The notes beneath the pieces are model-generated. The model searched no databases and had not been told where the DNA came from. It saw only the letters and a list, made by a program, of their open reading frames with translations. Shown one piece after another: positions 62,490 to 64,000 of a stretch of 64,000 nucleotides of DNA (its first letter is position 1; each line of letters begins with the position of its first letter). This stretch comes from a virus (Duplodnaviria; Caudoviricetes), in the IMG/VR virus record IMGVR_UViG_3300014031_000001, positions 54,653 to 118,652 of that record. One strand, written 5' to 3'. The position numbers and the translations under genes were made by a program.

Positions 62490-62741
62490 TTAGTCGGGAT
62501 CGACGACACCGATGTAGGCGGATGACTTTATGCAGCTATATTCGAGGTCTTCACTGTCGCCGCAGCCAAACAGGTGCAGACCGCAGCCGGTCACCTTGAC
62601 CCCGGTACAGCGGATTTCGCGGCCGTTGTCGAGCCGGTAGACCTGCGGCAGGGTGTCGTCCGAGACGCAGCTGTAGAGCAGCAGCCCGGCGGCCCCGACA
62701 AAGTAGAGGATGTAGCCAGCATCGGCGATGCGCCCTAGCAT
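62490..62741 (-). CDS. Small Cys-rich membrane protein or lipoprotein
   Basis: 'LLLYS-C'; same Cys spacing as ORF 55928. Confidence 0.6.
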   Translation of the reverse strand: MLGRIADAGYILYFVGAAGLLLYSCVSDDTLPQVYRLDNGREIRCTGVKVTGCGLHLFGCGDSEDLEYSCIKSSAYIGVVDPD

Positions 62742-63733
62742 TACAGGGCGCAGCAGATGGCGTAGGCGGAGACGCCGGCATTGGTGGCGTTACAGTTGTA
62801 GGTCGTGAGGTTGCTTGGAAAGCCCCCAGTTATGGCGCTGGAGGCGTTGCACCCGCCGAACACGACCTCGCCGGCGTTGCAGCTGATGCTCACAAAGTTG
62901 TTGCTGCCCGAGCTGGCCACGGAGGTGGCGACACGGCAGCTGTGGAGCGTGTTGCCACTGCCGGCTGCGCCGTTGTTGGTGATGCCGCCGCCCACCGTCA
63001 ACGCCCCCGCTCCGATGTTGACGGCGCCGGCGGTCGACACAGTGACGAGGTTTGTGTCCAAAATACCTTTGGTCGCGTTGGCCGCCGTCGAGGCCTTGCC
63101 GATGACGAGGCTGCCGGAGACGTTCTGGCCGATGCCCATCGCCAAGGAGGCGCTCGAGGTCCCCATGAGCACCGTCGCCCGCGACGACGCCGACGCCGAC
63201 GGATAGTTAGGATTGTAGAGGAAGGGCAGGTAGGTGCTGTCGGCCGCCGCGGTCGCGGCGCTGGCAAGCGTAAAGACCGAGGCGGTGGTCGTCCCGTCCC
63301 ACTGCAAGAGCTTACCGACCAGGGTCAGGGGGGCCGACAGCTTCATGTCGGTGGCGCCGTAGGTCGCCACGGTACCGAGGTCGGTTGTGGCCACGGTCGT
63401 CGTGGCGCCGAGGTTGGAGATGGTGAAGGCCTTGGGCGTGGCCCCGTTGAAGCCCCGCACGACGGCGACACCGGTGCCGAGCGCGCCGGGCGCGACGTCG
63501 AGCGTCGTCGGCGCCGAGGCGGGTCCGTTTAAGATGAGGCCGCTACCTTTGACGTTGCTCGCGCCGGCGGTCGTGCCGGAGCCCAAGGTGACGGTGCCGC
63601 TGGTGTCGGCGTGCATGGTCGGTGTCAGGTTGGTGCCAGTATACCAGTCAAACGAGTCGGGGCTCGTGATGACGTAGCCCGAGACGACGAGCGCGGCGAG
63701 GAGAATGCTGGCGAGGGCAAAGCTCTTTTTCAC
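62741..63733 (-). CDS. Signal-peptide-bearing fibre-like protein with C-terminal 'AICCAL' domain
   Basis: MKKSFALASILLAALVVSG; Thr/Gly/Ala-rich body; ends 'SC..GEVVFGGC...VSAYAICCAL'. Confidence 0.55.
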   Translation of the reverse strand: MKKSFALASILLAALVVSGYVITSPDSFDWYTGTNLTPTMHADTSGTVTLGSGTTAGASNVKGSGLILNGPASAPTTLDVAPGALGTGVAVVRGFNGATPKAFTISNLGATTTVATTDLGTVATYGATDMKLSAPLTLVGKLLQWDGTTTASVFTLASAATAAADSTYLPFLYNPNYPSASASSRATVLMGTSSASLAMGIGQNVSGSLVIGKASTAANATKGILDTNLVTVSTAGAVNIGAGALTVGGGITNNGAAGSGNTLHSCRVATSVASSGSNNFVSISCNAGEVVFGGCNASSAITGGFPSNLTTYNCNATNAGVSAYAICCAL

Positions 63734-63760
63734 GAAGGACTCCTTGAGGGGCCAGGGGGC

Positions 63761-64000
63761 TTATAGGGCGCAGCACATGGCGAAGACGGTCAAGACGGCG
63801 GCCGTGCTGCCCGTGTCGCAGGTCCACGTCGTTGCCGGGTTGCCGTTGGGGTAGCCCGTGACGACGATCGTCGCCACGCTTGGGTGGCAGGCCCCCGCCG
63901 CCGCGTAGGGCAGCCCCGTCGAGCCGGTGTCGGTGCCGCAGGTGAAGGTGCCCGTCGTCACAGAAAAGAGCGTCTTACTCACCCAGGCGCAGCCGTGGAA
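63761..64000 (-). CDS. Partial gene (5' end probably outside window) with paralogous 'AMCCAL' C-terminal domain
   Basis: 'TGYPNGNPATTWTC...LTVFAMCCAL' matches the end of ORF 62741; the frame stays open to the window edge. Confidence 0.55.
   Translation of the reverse strand, partial: FHGCAWVSKTLFSVTTGTFTCGTDTGSTGLPYAAAGACHPSVATIVVTGYPNGNPATTWTCDTGSTAAVLTVFAMCCAL

Overview
This is a GC-rich segment of a large tailed dsDNA bacteriophage, probably a contractile-tailed jumbo phage; no rRNA or host housekeeping operons are present. The minus strand carries the virion genes: major capsid protein, decoration protein, prohead protease, many internal head proteins, large terminase, portal, baseplate spike and tail-fibre-like proteins. 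It also carries a 2484-aa single-chain beta/beta' RNA polymerase. The plus strand carries DNA-metabolism and accessory genes (PolA-type polymerase, YhaM-like HD nuclease, RNase HII, SSB, HU, glycosyltransferase, RRM protein). Four LAGLIDADG inteins interrupt the protease, terminase, RNAP and portal. Main observations: (1) an N-terminal leader M-x-x-F-W-x-G-F-x-K-x-A is shared by unrelated proteins (a GNAT, a thioredoxin-fold protein, small membrane-active proteins), and K-x-A motifs are dense in the head proteins, suggesting a capsid cargo-loading and proteolytic maturation system; (2) an octamer GGTATAAG occurs eight times ahead of plus-strand units and is a candidate promoter for the phage RNAP; (3) the RNAP catalytic loop reads NADFNGD instead of NADFDGD and is split by an intein; (4) a candidate rod-shaped ncRNA of about 130 nt; (5) a TGTCACC iteron array and a DnaA-box/AT-rich element on either side of the terminase gene. 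All functional calls come from motifs recognised by eye; no database searches were run.
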